Assembly (NCBI RefSeq): GCF_036321535.1
Contig: NC_087437.1
Coordinates: 48,486,001-48,550,000, forward strand
DNA: 64,000 nt
Reading direction: 5' to 3'
Source: Camelus dromedarius
Taxonomy: Eukaryota
Under the pieces are notes generated by a model, which made no database searches, was not told the DNA's origin, and worked only from the letters and a program-made list of their open reading frames with translations. The position numbers and the translations under genes were made by a program. Of the stretch, positions 38,553-51,759 are shown piece after piece (within the stretch, counting starts at the first letter, position 1; every line of letters starts with the position of its first letter).

Positions 38553-39692
38553 TTATGACTGTAAATTATACTAATTTGTAAAAAACATTATGAACTAAAT
38601 AAGATCTGTACTAAAATATGGATACAAACTGTAGAAAAAAAGAGACTTACACAAGTTAAAGAGATTAGGAATGATTTTATAAAGAAGGTGAAATTTTAAC
38701 TATGATTTTAAAAAACGGTCAGCATTAGGTAGGCAATACCTTAATGGAAGGTTTTCTAGGAAACTAAAGGCATATACTAGAAATATCTATGACACATTCC
38801 TCAGGAAGTAAGGACACCAGCCTAACAGAGCAGGAGCCATGTTTTATCACCAATCATGTGCTCTAAGTAGAAATGACTCATAGGATGGTTGACCCTGAGG
38901 CTCAGACATTGGAATGAGCAGGATACAGCACAGTGTTTCCTTAACTGAAACTCCACTGGCATAGCCTCAGTAGTCCACAAGGTTCTCCACAAGATTTTTT
39001 TTTTAGATTTTTTTTAAGTCACTAGTTTACTAATAGTTCTGTGTTATGACAAAGTTTACCTTCTTACACAATCCCATAACTACACGGCCTCAAAACATGA
39101 AAACTCAGATAACAAGAATCCTTACACTTACTACCTACTCTTCCTTCAATCTGCTCGGTGGGACTTAACAGTAACCAAACGGTCAAATGTGGTCTTAGAA
39201 AGGAAGAGTCCACCTCAGCTCCACTACTTAATAACTGGCAACTATTTTTTAAATTAATGTATAGTTGATTTTCCATGATGTGTTAGTTACAGCATAGTGA
39301 TTCAGAAACACATACACACGCACACATATACATTCTTTTCCATATTCTTTTTCATTATAGGTTATTACAAACTACTGAATATAGTGCTATACAGTAGGAC
39401 CTTGCTGTTTATCTATTTTATCTATAGTAGTTTGTATCTGCCAATCCCAAACTCCTAATTTATCCCTCTTCCCTTGTTCCCCTTTGGTAAGTATAAGTTT
39501 GTTTTCTATGTCTGTGAGTCTGTTTCTGTTCTGTAAATAAGTTCATTTGTGTCATTTTTTAGACTCCACATATAAGTGATATTATATATTTATCTTTCTC
39601 TGTCTAACTTACTTCACTTAGTATGGTAATCTCTAGATCTATGCATGTTATTGCACATGGCATTATTTCATCCTTTTTATGGCTGACTAATA

Positions 39693-39696
<4 letters not shown>

Positions 39697-39740
<44 letters not shown>
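39697..39740. repeat. (TA)n microsatellite inside L1
   Basis: About 20 perfect TA units. Confidence 0.95.
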
Positions 39741-39742
<2 letters not shown>

Positions 39743-40351
39743 ATATCTTTTTAAACCAATCATCTGTTGATAGGCACTTGGGTTGTTTCCATGTCTTGGC
39801 TATTGTGAATAGTGCTGCTATGAACACAGGAGTGCATGTATCTTTTCAAACTACAGTTTCCTTCAGATACATGCCCATGAGTGGGATTGCTGGATCATAT
39901 GGTAACTCTATTTTTAGTTTTTAAAGAAATCTCCATACTGTTTTCCATAATGGCTGCACCAAACTACATTCCCACCAACAGTGTAGGAGGGCTCCCTTTT
40001 CTCCACACACTCTCCAGCACTTATCATTTGTGGACTTTTTAATTATGGCCATTCTGACTGGTGTGAGGTGATACCTCATTGCAGTTTTGATCTGTATTTC
40101 TCTATTAGTGATAATGAGCATCTTTTCATGTGCCTATTGGCCATATGTATGTCTTCATTGGAGAAATGTCTGTTTAGGTCTTCTGCCCGTTTTTTGATTG
40201 GGTTTTAAGTGTTTTTGTTATTGAGTTGTATGAGCTATTTGTATATTCTGGAAATTAAGCCCTTGTCAGTCACATCATTTGCAAATATCTTCTCCCATTC
40301 CATAGGTTGTCCTTTCATTTTGTTTATGGTTTCCTTTGCTATTCAACGCTT

Positions 40352-40409
40352 ATACACAACATTGTAAAATGACTATAACACAATAAAAAAAGGTTAAAAA
40401 AAAAAAAAA
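40352..40409 (+). mobile_element. Micro L1 3'-end insertion (~55 bp) nested antisense in L1
   Basis: ACACAACATTGTAAAATGACTATAACACAATAAAAAAAGGTT plus poly(A), flanked by CAACGCTT / AAAAGCTT. Confidence 0.8.
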
Positions 40410-41649
40410 GCTTGTAAGTTTGATTAGGTCCCAGTTGTTTATTTTTGCTTTTATTTCTATTGCCTTGGTAGACTGAACTAGGAAAACATTGTTACAATTT
40501 ATGTAGGGGAATGTTTTGCTTGTGTTCTTTTCTAGGATTTTTATGGTGTTATGTCTTAATTTAAGTTTTTAAGCCATTCGGAGTTTATTTTTGTGTATGG
40601 TATGAGGGAGTGTTCTAACTTTATTGATTTAACAAGCAACTGTCTGGCTTTTCCAACACCACTTGCTGAAGAGACTATATTCTTGCCTCCTTTGTCAAAG
40701 ATTAATTGACCATAGGTGTGTGGGTTTACATCTGGGCTCTTTATTCTGTTCCATTGAGCCATGTCTGGTTTTGCACCAATATCACACTGTTTTAATTACT
40801 GTACCTTTGTAGTATTGTCTAAAGTCTGGGAGGTTTATGCCTCAGCTGCATTCTTTTTCTTCTCCACAGAATTTTTAAATTTTGTATTTTCATTTATTTT
40901 CTAAGAAAATTTTTATACTTGATAGCTATATCCTTATGACCACCTCAATACCAAGTATTGACAAAAGATTTTAGTACCCACATCTATGTATGTATCTGAT
41001 TATCTTGGTGCTAACTAATTATTGAAGAACAAAACAGAAGTTGATTCAATACAGAAATGATGTATTCACATGAAACAAGGTCCAAATGGTGACATAGAGT
41101 AATGTATGATTAAACATTTGAGACAATTCAAATGGGGAAAAAGTGATACCACACAGTGACCCAGGCACAGCAAAAGCCAAATACCTATCTTTAAATCAAT
41201 ACTATATTCACCTGGTGACAGAGATTTGGTTTCAGCAAAACATCATCTGCCTCATTGAATTTTGCTACTTGAAATTTTACTGAATTTTCAGCTTTGTTTA
41301 AATTAAATATATAATTTTATAGGTTTTATGCTTGTACAAGAACTATAAATATAAGACAATTATATATAATTTTCTGTTTATTTTAATTTAGTAAAAATAA
41401 TTTAAGTCAGCACTGGTCAGCAGTGAAAAATTGTGTTGTCTTTAAAAAGCAGTCTACCTAAAATAAAGAACTGGAAATACTGTATATCTTGATCTGAGTG
41501 GTAATTCAATGGATGAACAGATATTTACAAATTCACTGAACACAATATTTGTGTACTTTACTGCATCTATATTAAACCTCAATGAAAAAGTGGAAAAATA
41601 ACCCCCCCCCCAAAGTAGTCTGTATATCTCTTAGGTTTGAGGAAACACT

Positions 41650-41880
41650 GGTAGAAGAGCTCTAGAACAGACAGATTTAGCTCCTAGTTGCAATTCTGCC
41701 ACTTACCAGCTGGATAACCTGGGATAATTTCTTAACCAGTACAAGCTCTATTTTCTCCATCTGTAAAATGAGGATAATAATAGATCCTTGCAAGATGTTG
41801 TGAAGGTTATAGGAAAATTTTTCAGGTGAAATACAAAAAAAAAATAGACCTAATATATAATATTGCTCACTAAATACTAG
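41650..41880 (+). mobile_element. MIR SINE
   Basis: TCTGCCACTTACCAGCTGGATAACCTGGG...TTTTCTCCATCTGTAAAATGAGGATAATAATAG. Confidence 0.8.
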
Positions 41881-42221
41881 TGATAAAGAAAGGGAGGAAG
41901 TGAGGATGGGAGGGGGAAGAAAGCAAGCTTTGGCCTAACATGATACAGATATGCTAATATGTACTCACACACAACCACACAGACATGATTTTGAAGGTTT
42001 TAGGCAAAGGAGGACGATGATGAAAGCAGTCCTTTGGAAACTGCAATCTGACAATATTTTTAAGGAAGGGTTATAGTAGAAACCAGGGTGCAGGAAGTCT
42101 ACTAAATTTCATCATAACTTTCAACAACCAGACTGTATAAATCAGTAAATTGCATGTCCCACAGTAAGCTACTGGAGAGCTTCAAAAACTATTGTCTATC
42201 TCGATTTTCCTCCAGGCTTCA

Positions 42222-42850
42222 AAAAGCATTTATTAAGTACCTATTTGCTGCAGAACTAATAAAAAGGGTCACGATTATGCTTTCCCAGGAACATATGAGC
42301 TAAATGGATACACTAAACAAATCAATAAAGTAGAAAAATTACATAATCATTTTAGAGTCAAGTAAAGAAATAATGGCTATAGACTTAAAACACCCAACTT
42401 ATCCATTGTCAGCATTGCTTGGAAACCAGAAGCAGAGTGGGGGATATATTTCAGATAAGGTGGTCAGCAAAGCCCTCTCTGAGAAGATTACATCCAAGTA
42501 GAAGGAGATAAAGAAGCTAGCCAAATGGATGTTTGGAAGAAGAACGTTCCAGGCATATGGAAAGGAGCAAGCCTGGTATGTTCAAGGAAAAGCAAGGAAC
42601 AGAATGAGCTAAAGGAAAGGAATAGGAGAAAATGGGATCAAAGAAATAGTGAGGAACAGAGCAAGGGGAATACACAGACAATGATAAGAACTTTGAATTT
42701 AATTCTAAATGAGATTTTAAAAAATTGGAGAATTTTTAGCAAAGGAGTGACCTAATCTATCTTGAGTCTTTCAAAAAATTACTCTGGCTTCTGTTTTAAG
42801 AAGGAACTGTAGTGGGGAAGGACAGAGGAAGGGAGAACATTTGGTAGGGG
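42222..42850 (-). mobile_element. LINE-2 fragment
   Basis: AGCATTTATTAAGTACCTA...AGATAAGGTGGTCAGCAAAGCCCTCTCTGAGAAG...GGAAGAAGAACGTTCCAGGC. Confidence 0.75.
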
Positions 42851-42856
42851 GATCCA

Positions 42857-43390
42857 TGTAAGTAGACAGCACACTGGCTTTATTCTCTACTCTCAATGGA
42901 AGAGCCCTTAGAGAACCACTCTTAAGGGCTGAGAGAACTGTAGGGAAGAGAAGACAAACATTTTACTTCAGGTGGGCTTTTGCTGAACCACAAAAGCCAG
43001 AGGCCCATCTTGGTGTGACCACCAAGGTTGGAACTCTGAGAGAGTGACCCTGATATGTGACCCCCAGCATTTGGAAGTATTTAAGAACAGGAAGATGTAA
43101 GTTTGCCTCCCACCTGAAGATTATGAAGGTGGCTGGAGCTCCCCATGATGGCAGCAAGGAGAGAAGAAAGCAAAGAGGGAACAGCTTACCCTTTCCCCAC
43201 TGTTAAGGCAAGGATGTGAGTTCCCTGTGGGTCAGTGGGAGACCGCAGGAGGTAACCAAGCTCAAGCTACCCCACATAAACTAATATTCTGTCAGAAATA
43301 GAGAAACCCAGGAGAAAGGGAGAAGGTGTACCTCCAGGGGCAGGGGCTGAGGTTGGGTCATAAGAGCTCAGCCTGGACACATTGCTTACA
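42857..43390. mobile_element. Probable ancient solo LTR (family unassigned)
   Basis: GC-richer ~530 bp island bounded by the inverted termini TGTAAG...CTTACA; no clear TSD. Confidence 0.4.
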
Positions 43391-44051
43391 CAGTGCCCGC
43401 CTTATTAGGGGGGCTCGTACAACCAGATTACATGTAGGATTTTTCACTTTTTCCTACACTCTTCATTCTCTCACCATCTACCCTAGAGGAAACAGAAAAA
43501 GTAGGAAAGGATAAAAAAAATAAAGAGATCAAGTGAAAGAACAGGTTCGGCCCCACCTTTTCTTATTTCATGAACCCTAACCTCTGCTATATTCCTCCAT
43601 AAGCATGTTGGAAAAAATACACCCAGAAGATAGCTCATCTTGAGGGCCATTGCTACTCATTTCTCCTTATAACCTAATTTGCATTATAAGGACTCAAGAT
43701 AGTTTGCATAATATTTATAGATAAAATGATAGCCGATTATGGAAATTAGGTTTTTTTCTAAACAGAACATAGATAAAGGAGGTCATTCCTGTCTTCCATC
43801 TAAATATTGCTGTCTTTATTTGATCTTGACAGAAATTCACCTGCAGCTGCTTGCATAAAGTATAACAATGATCTCTTTACTCCTGTGGGGAGATAAAAAA
43901 TGAGGCTTTAGAGTTTCAGCTACTCAGCACCCATGCACAGAGAGTCACTTAATAAATGATAGATGAGAAAATGATATACAGTGAATACATAAATATTAGG
44001 GGACGTCAATGATTACAGGGTAAATTAATATAGATAACTTGAATGAATATA

Positions 44052-44700
44052 GATTCATTCATTCAACAAGTATTTACTGAGTATTATGTGGTAGGAGCTG
44101 CATAGTCAATAAATTCCTTACAAATAAAATCGAAATAGAGGTAGGTATTTTAAAAGTAAACACAAATTATTACATAATTCTGAACTCAGACACATGCTAT
44201 TAAGCAAAAGAACAAGATGTAGTGATGGAGAACTCTTTACGCTTGGGGCAGAGGGAACACTTCTCTGAGAAAGTGACATTTAAGCTGATAACTGAAGGAT
44301 AAAAAGGAACCAGCAGATGAAGAGTTGGAGCAAAGGTTCTGATTTGGAAGTTCGATGTTTACCAGAAATTTAAAGAAAGCCAGTACGATAGGAACTTAGA
44401 ACAGTGAACAACAGCGTAAGATAAAGTTAGATGGAAGATATAGCATGTGCCTATGGACATTCAGAGACGTGGTAGACTTTCCAAAGCACTTGATTGAATT
44501 TTATTCCAAGTGTAATGAGAAAACTTTGATGGGTTTAAACTCTGAAGACCCATATTTTATAAGATCACCTGGGCTGAGGGCTGTGTGGGAGAATGGATTG
44601 AATAGGAGCCAAAATACAGAACAGTGAGGAGATTACTGCAAAAGATCAAAGATGTCAATGTCTTGGATTAGCAGATAGCAGTGAAGGTGAAGAAAACTAT
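44052..44700 (-). mobile_element. LINE-2 fragment
   Basis: ATTCATTCATTCAACAAGTATTTACTGAGTA...TTCTCTGAGAAAGTGACATTTAAGCTGA. Confidence 0.8.
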
Positions 44701-44895
44701 CTTCCCCTCCAAACTTGTTACTTTTGCGACTTCTCATCTTCCTCCCCATCACCTGGAATCAGAACCTTGGCATCAACTTTGATGCTACCCTTTCTCTCCA
44801 TCATTCATGTCCAGGATAGTGAAACATTAAGAGTACGTGCTCTGGAGTCAGAATAATTAGGCAAATGGATTGAAACAGTGTTACACAACATTTAC

Positions 44896-45340
44896 CTGGT
44901 AGGTAGCTGCCATTGCTATGCTCTAGACTGCACATTGTAACTCAGGAATTCTTTTAAATTTCAACTCCTACAATGTGCAGGAATCCTGGTTGATCACACA
45001 GCAGTTTCATATACAGTCGGTCCAAATCAAGTAAACATAGCAGCATTGAGTCTGAGAATGGATATCTGATCCTCCTTGGTTATGCAGAGAAGACTACTGT
45101 TTCCTAAGTTGACTACAGTTTTCTCAATGAATAGTGTGCAGTCCTTCTTACACCACAAACAGTCATATAAATCGTGAATTATGGTGGCTCTGAAGCAAGA
45201 TGAACCTATTTTAGGTTTTTATTTCTCAAGAAAATCTAAAAACCAACCCAGCTAGAGTTAGAGCTGAAGTTTCAGAAAGGACTGACAGAGTCTTGGTAGT
45301 CATAAGAAAGTGAGGAGGAGTGAGATCACCAAGGAAGAGC
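44896..45340 (-). pseudogene. Candidate decayed exon (start uncertain)
   Basis: Non-repetitive island ending in donor CAG|gtaaat. One minus frame reads KPKIGSSCFRATIIHDLYDCLWCKKDCTLFIEKTVVNLGNSSLLCITKEDQISILRLNAAMFT* (~60 open codons). Confidence 0.4.
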
Positions 45341-45444
45341 ACTTGGAGTGAGACAAGCCAATGATTGAAAAAAAAACCTGTACGTAGTAGAGAGGAGGAT
45401 GAAACTGAACCCCTGAAGGATTCAAAGCACCAAAAGTCAAACAG

Positions 45445-45803
45445 AATGCTAATGATCTTCCCGTGGCCCCTTCCAGATCCACTCTCCACCTGCTCTGTGC
45501 GAGAAGAGATACATGTGTGGACCTGTATGGATAACATCTACGAACTCTGTTTCCTCATGCTTTCAGTTAGTAACTTGCATACGGTTAACAGGATGTGCAC
45601 CAGCAAAGATAAAAGGGAAGTGAGAGAGGCTGGAGTATTTATCCCTCTGCAAGGTTTCCATGGACTGGACTGTACCCCTCAACCAAAGTCCACAGCTCCT
45701 CCTAGCAACAGGCCATTGTTATTACACCCAGATTTTTGTACTATGCCTTGTATTCTCCCTACATTCTGCCCCTGCACTTTATAAAATGGTCACTTTATTA
45801 AAT
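45445..45803 (+). mobile_element. ERVL LTR33-family fragment
   Basis: CCTTCCAGATCCACTCTCCACCTGCTCTGTGC...GACCTGTATGGATAACATC...CCACAGCTCCT...CACTTTATAAAATGGTCACTTTATTAAA. Confidence 0.75.
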
Positions 45804-47284
45804 GAGTAATGATGAAAAAAGGAAAAAGTATTGAATTACATGCTTAAAAAGCCAGCTGTTTTTCTGTAGAATGTGGAAAGCCTAGGTCTCCAGTGGACAT
45901 CCTCATCCATATCCTGGTTTCTTTCCAGGGGCAGATTAAATAGTGTTTATGCCTATTTGTGCTGACTCTGAGGAAACAAGCAAGGACCTGACTGCAGGTT
46001 TCATTTAACTTAAATCATTTTAGGATAGAGTCCCACTAATGTCTAAAATAATTTGGGGAGTGGAAGAGTGGCAAAGAACCACCAAGAGAGCCAAACTTCT
46101 TTTATTATTTTGAGACAGGAGATTTTCAAGCTCAGCAAGATTTCCATTCTGCAGTGAACCTAATTAAAGTAAACAGAATTTTAAAATGAACCAAACCCAA
46201 TTAGGCAGCAGGAGTTAACATTTCTCTTCAATTATTATGTGAGGTCACATCTCATAGCTGTGTCCTAGACACCTTCCCTTCTCAGTCAATGTGTCTACCC
46301 ATCCACTGCCCTTCCCAGAGTACTCAAGAACAGAGGCCCCAGACCATCAGATGGACTGAGCCAGCCCAAATATCCCTACCTCATCTCTCTTGTCCTGTGC
46401 ACAAACAGATGCTTTACCACACAGTCAGCTCACAACACAGAGCTAAGAGACAGCAAAGGTGACACACAGGGAGAGAGAGACATACAAGGAGAGAGTCATG
46501 CATTTTTTAATGCTAATTCTATAGCTACAGCTGATACTCCTTCGCAGTTTATAAATTTATATGACTGCTGAGACTATTCAACATCTGAAAATGTAGAACT
46601 GCTACTATTTTCATAACAAAAGAAACAGTCCCTGCTGATAATATTATGTCTATCCTAAGAAAAGTTGAAGGGTTTGAGGATGGCAGTGGAGGGGAGGAGA
46701 TCAGATATAGCAAATGAAATATGCTATAATTATTATGTAAATGCTGCTAAAGGAAATGTCTGGTAAAACTGTAGTACAACTCAAACACTGATATCATAAT
46801 GCATGTTACTCTAAAAGTAGGGTGAAATAAAGTTTTTATTTTAAATAGAACTTGTACCACATTCAAGGGATGCATCTGAAGGCTTCGAAATCTAAATATT
46901 GTTAGATAATTCATATATAATTACAATGTATATACAATAATATTAACACACCATTCAGAATTGGAAAGATTTTGTAATAAATATAATGACATGGAAGAAC
47001 TGAATACAAAAATAAACTGAATTTCCTAAATGTGTATAAAACTTTTCACCTCTCAAATACTTTTTTATTTTTATTTTTTATGTGCATGCATTAAAAATCT
47101 ATCATGTACAAGTTTCTAACAGTAGAATCTATGTCACTGAATAAAAATGGAGATAATTAAAAGGTGACCAGAAAACAAAGGTAACTACTTGGGAATTAAG
47201 ATTCATGCTTCTATAACCTTTGGATCAAAGAAGAAATTAAAACTGAAAGTTTCTAGAAAGTATGGAAAGATGAACCATTCACAC

Positions 47285-47690
47285 CATTTATTTATTTAGC
47301 CAAGGAACATTTATTGAGCACCTGCAATGGCAAAGAAAGCACTCTGCCAGGCATATAGGAATGTGAAGACAAATGTGACAGTCCTCCAAGGTGAGGCAAT
47401 CACAGACTGCAGTGGAAATACATGCTAAGGACTGTGGGAATCCAGAAGAAAGAACCATTAATTCCAATTGATCAGAATACAAAAGAACAAAAAAGTTGCA
47501 TCTGAATAAATCAATTCATGGGTAATGTGCTAGCTTTAGAGAGAGAAAGTGAAGGGAAGTGGACATTCCATGTGGCAGGAAGGCACGAAGACACAGAGGC
47601 ATGAATGTGGAATGGGTGAAACACAGATGTACAACAGAATCTGTTAGAAGCTGAGCCTGTATTGATAAGATTCAAGATTAATAAGGTGTG
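47285..47690 (-). mobile_element. LINE-2 fragment
   Basis: ACATTTATTGAGCACCTGC...CTGCCAGGCA...GTGCTAGC/GGACATTCCATGTGGCAGG. Confidence 0.65.
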
Positions 47691-47694
47691 GATG

Positions 47695-47860
47695 GCCTTA
47701 GATTCTCAAGCTTTAAAATACAAAGCTCCTGGAGAACTTGGTAAAAAGAAAATTCGGATTCAGTTGGTGAAGGGTAGGGGTTCAGAGATTCTGCATTTCT
47801 AACAAGGTCCCAGGCCATGATGTAATGTTGGTGTGGACAATACTCTGATCTGCAAGGTAA
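47695..47860. mobile_element. hAT-Charlie MER5-like MITE
   Basis: TTCTCAAGCTTT...CCTGGAGAACTTGGTAAAA...ATTCTGCATTTCTAACAAG. Confidence 0.7.
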
Positions 47861-47924
47861 TAAAGGATTCAAGAGTGGAAATCATGGAGATTTAGTGTCC
47901 TTGGAGAAAAGCAATGTAATGGAG

Positions 47925-48150
47925 CCATTAAAATACAGTCTTTGTAATCAGACAGATTGGACTTAAATTACATTTCCTTTACTTATTAGCTGTGTATCTT
48001 TCAGCAACTTACCTTTGGAGCCAAGTTTCCCCATTTGTAAAGTGAGAAAATGATTCTTACCTTAAAATATTGTTAGGATTACATGAGATAATGATTGTAA
48101 ATAACTTAGGATAGTATATAGCAAAAAGTAAATACTCGATAGGTGGTAAC
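47925..48150 (+). mobile_element. MIR SINE
   Basis: ACTTATTAGCTGTGTATCTT...AGTTTCCCCATTTGTAAAGTGAG...TTGTTAGGATTACATGAGATAAT. Confidence 0.75.
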
Positions 48151-48391
48151 ATTATTTCCTGGAGCCTGTAACATGAGAGAGCTCCTTTCTCTCCTCTGCT
48201 GCTCTCCTTAGGCAGAAAACCACTAATTTTTCTTTTTTTTCTTGGCCTTTTTTCTTTCATTATTGTGCTAAATCTTTCCTTCATACTATGTAACTCCTGA
48301 ATCATTTTAAAAAAAAACTATTAGATGCTTACTGTATTGTCACTATTGAAATTATTCTAAATTAGAGCTAAACTCAAAGCTTTCTTTTTCT

Positions 48392-48605
48392 TTTTTTAAT
48401 TGAGATATAATTAACATATAACATTGTATTAGTTTTAAGTGTACAACATAATGATTTGATATATGTGCACATTGCAAAATGACTACCACAATAAATTTAG
48501 TTAACATCCATCATGACACAGTTATGATTTTTTTCTTGTGATAAGAACTTCTCCCAGCAGCTTTCAAATATACAATACAGTATTATTAACTATAGTCACT
48601 ATGCA
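48392..48605 (-). mobile_element. L1MA-type 3' end
   Basis: TTTTAATTGAGATATAATTAACATATAACATTGTATTAGTTT...AGTATTATTAACTATAGTCAC. Confidence 0.85.
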
Positions 48606-49674
48606 TTAATCACTGACTCTTCTGAACAATGTGCTATGTGCTGGTATTCCCACACTGCGTCCAGGAATTGACAGATTGTAAAAAGGGAAAAACAAGGGGC
48701 AGGTACACAGCTAGAAATTTCATATGGTTAAAACTTTTCCTCTCAGATTTACCATGACTGCTCATAACAAAATAAATTTTTATAAATAATGTATTTCCTC
48801 ACCTTCAAAGCTTAAAAACCTGTTCTATCAGAAAATTTGACAATTTAACTTTGATAAAAGTAAGGGTAGGTAGGCAACAGGCATTTCAATTAATGTCAGA
48901 ATTATTTCTGAGTATCTTGTAACCTATAAGAATCTATTATTTCTAATCTTGAGGCAGCTGTGTGATTAGACACACCCAACATTTCTTAACATACGTATTC
49001 TCCCTTGCAAGATCTTAATTCTGTAGTCACGATATTTACATGATTAATGAACCCTTTGGAAGCTCAGAAATCTCAATAAGCAAAGGCCACATCTGGAAAG
49101 ATTCTGCAAATCTCCATTCATACCAGATCAAGATTCAGAAGATTACTTCCCTATGATCTCTATACCTTTCCCCCTATTACTTTTAAACTGTAATTTAATA
49201 CTATTAAATGATAAGAAATTAAGAAAGTGTAAAACATATAGCATTTGCAAATCCCTTCAGAGGACAGGCATACAGATGTAAATGTGAAGCGGTAGGTATA
49301 AAATGTTAGGAATTAGTGCTGCCTATGGTGAGCTACAGTGTACATAACTGACCTAAAAAAGCACTCAAGTTTAAGATTTTAAAAGCACCATCCAGCCAAA
49401 TGCATATATCTGCAGGCTGAATTTAGCCACAGAAACACTAGTTTGTAATGGTTAATAATACTTCTAATCAAGAATCCAGTATTATTAATTGTTTAGGAAT
49501 TAGAACTTTTTTCATTATCAGTAACTGTTTAGATATAGATCTCATAGTTGAAAGTTATTGTGTCCACATGTTCTGTTACCCCAAGTTTAATTGTTCAAAC
49601 AGCTGGATGGGGTATTGAAGATGCTTAAAGTGAACATAAAATTTCTTCCTCTGACTGACTTTTGAGAGCATTAC

Positions 49675-50012
49675 CTGTAAATTGTACAGACTGAAATGTG
49701 CTTGCCTGCCCTGAGAAATGTCAGCTCTTGTACCATGTAACTGGATTTGATAAAGATTGCTTGGAAGCCAAGAAAAGCCAGCAAGACTATGTATCACATA
49801 CAGTACTCAGAGGAAGCTACACACAAACGCTTCATGTTTTGGTCCAAGTGTAAAGAACTTATTTCTTTAAAAATGTGGACTACTTCAAGTTTTGGTAGGA
49901 GGCTCTGCACAATAAATGTAGGTAAGATTCAGTACTGCAGGATTTTGGTGAGCAACGTAGACGTAAGGTATGTTTCCACAGATAACATGTGGCTTCTTCT
50001 GATTGTATAACT
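49675..50012 (-). pseudogene. Candidate decayed exon
   Basis: Non-repetitive; donor CAG|gtaatg. Frame reads ...PHVICGNIPYVYVAHQNPAVLNLTYIYCAEPPTKT*...VLYVIHSLAGFSWLPSNLYQIQLHGTRADISQGRQAHFSLYNLQ; acceptor weak. Confidence 0.35.
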
Positions 50013-51759
50013 CTATGCTATTCACTACATGGTTTTTAGCCCCAGAAACAGTAGTGAAATATAGATGACTTAGCCAATGTGTTCATGAGAGTCAAATGTT
50101 TTCATAATATTAACTGTGACTATGACTATGACTAGGCTATAATTTGAGATCAGTATGACATCATTATCAATCAAACAAAACCAATCCTGACACAAAGTCC
50201 ACATTTGGCAAGACCTTTTAAAAATCTGACTACAGTGTTAAGATACTGGCATATGTTTTTCTGCAGGTTTACTGGTAATTTGTATTTATTTTGTAAAATG
50301 TCTATTCATATCTTTGTAAGAGTCTCTTTTTTTAATCAATTAGTTTTAAAACAATAATGATAATGCTGTTCACGACTTAAAAAACAAAAAAGCAAGCCAT
50401 AAAAAAACCCCGTTTTTTTTTTTAAAAAGCCTCCTGTCCTTCACATAACCTCTCCTTCACTCACATATCTCTTCCTAGAAATTTTCCATGGATTTACAAG
50501 CTTATATATGTGTATAATACATTTTAAGCAAGTTTAAACAAATGTGAGTTCTCTCTGCAACTAGTTCTTTATCATTTATCAATATGTTTTAGAGCTTTTG
50601 TCCAGTGAGCACCGCAGAATTTCTTTCCCAGTAATTAATGAACACTTAACTTAATTGCTTTTTTTTTTGCTATTACGATCTAAAGGCATATATGTGTTTT
50701 AGTACAAAGTCTCAGTGAAAGTAGAGTAGGAGAAATTTCATAGATGCTAACTCAATCTCTATTCTATTACCTTTTCTTTGTCAAGTTATTCTATTAGCTA
50801 TGCTATATTCTAAAATGGTAAGGATGTCCAAGATGTATTGTAACTTGACCATGAAAACAATATCACAGTAGATCAGTGTACTTGTTAAATTTAGTCTCTG
50901 AATGTATTACTCTACATCATTAGAATAGAGTTTATCATGTCTTGGTTATTTTAAGGTACAAAGAGAGATTTTGCCAGTATGACAGGCATATTTAAACCTC
51001 CATGAAAACTAATGGCTATTTTTTAAACAAAAGGATTCGGAATCCTTTGTTAACAGCAACAAAAACAGTTGTTTCAGCAATTGAAAGTTATGTGACATTT
51101 GGTAGCCTTTTAAACAAAAGGACATAAATCTTCACTAGAATCTTGATATAGAATGGGCAATGTTATTGTCTTTATAGTTAAGTGATAACTGATTTTTTAA
51201 ATTATATTTTCTGTATCATAAAAACCATTAACCAAAATTTTCACCAAGATACAATAATATATCAAATATTTTTCTTTGTCTGTTTAGGTCTGTCAATATT
51301 CTAAGCATCAGTGTAACAGCTCTCACTCTTCAGCAGTTTTTAATGTGAATAAATTATAATTCAATATTTCCATTACACAATTAATTTTATATGATAACTG
51401 TCCAGCTAGACATGAGATTTCATGGACTAAAAAGACTTTACTGGCATTTCTTAATCTAACCAAATTATTTCAAATGAAAATACTATTGTGAAAAACATTA
51501 GAAAGCAAAAGGGAAATTTCAAGAGACCTGTTAGAACCATTATTGGTATATCACTACTTTAAGTCAACAGAAAGCAAAATTGGAAGAAATTTGAAACTAT
51601 GTTCAAATTTAGGACAATTGTTCAAATGCAAGTTTTTCTAAAATATGTTCCTTATTAATTTTATGACATTTCCTGTTATATACATGTGTGTGTGTATATA
51701 CACACACTTACACACAGAGAGATATATGACAGCATGTTCTCTCTAAATTAATACTAATA

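Larger units (their letters stand above)
39243..40865 (-). mobile_element. 5'-truncated LINE-1
   Basis: Minus ORFs 39921-40121 ([16 protein letters not shown]...HCWWEC) and 40556-40762 (QWNRIKSPDVNPHTYGQLIFDKG) are L1 ORF2; 3'UTR lies to the left. Confidence 0.95.

Noticed and set aside
45055..45100. DPPW motif (MT-A70-like methyltransferase) in a plus frame
   Set aside because: Isolated 4-residue match in a frame full of stops, with no other family motifs.
45365..45784. 139-aa plus-strand ORF
   Set aside because: Non-ATG start, and most of it lies within an LTR33 fragment.
48057..48305. Basic ORF (MIQELHSMKERF...KRPRKKRK) as an exon or NLS
   Set aside because: No canonical donor, it runs into a MIR, and the Lys/Arg content follows from an A-rich tract.
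51030..51048. Palindrome AAAGGATTC-G-GAATCCTTT as a hairpin or terminator
   Set aside because: Short, and more simply explained as the WIRNPF-like coding motif of a decayed Charlie transposase.
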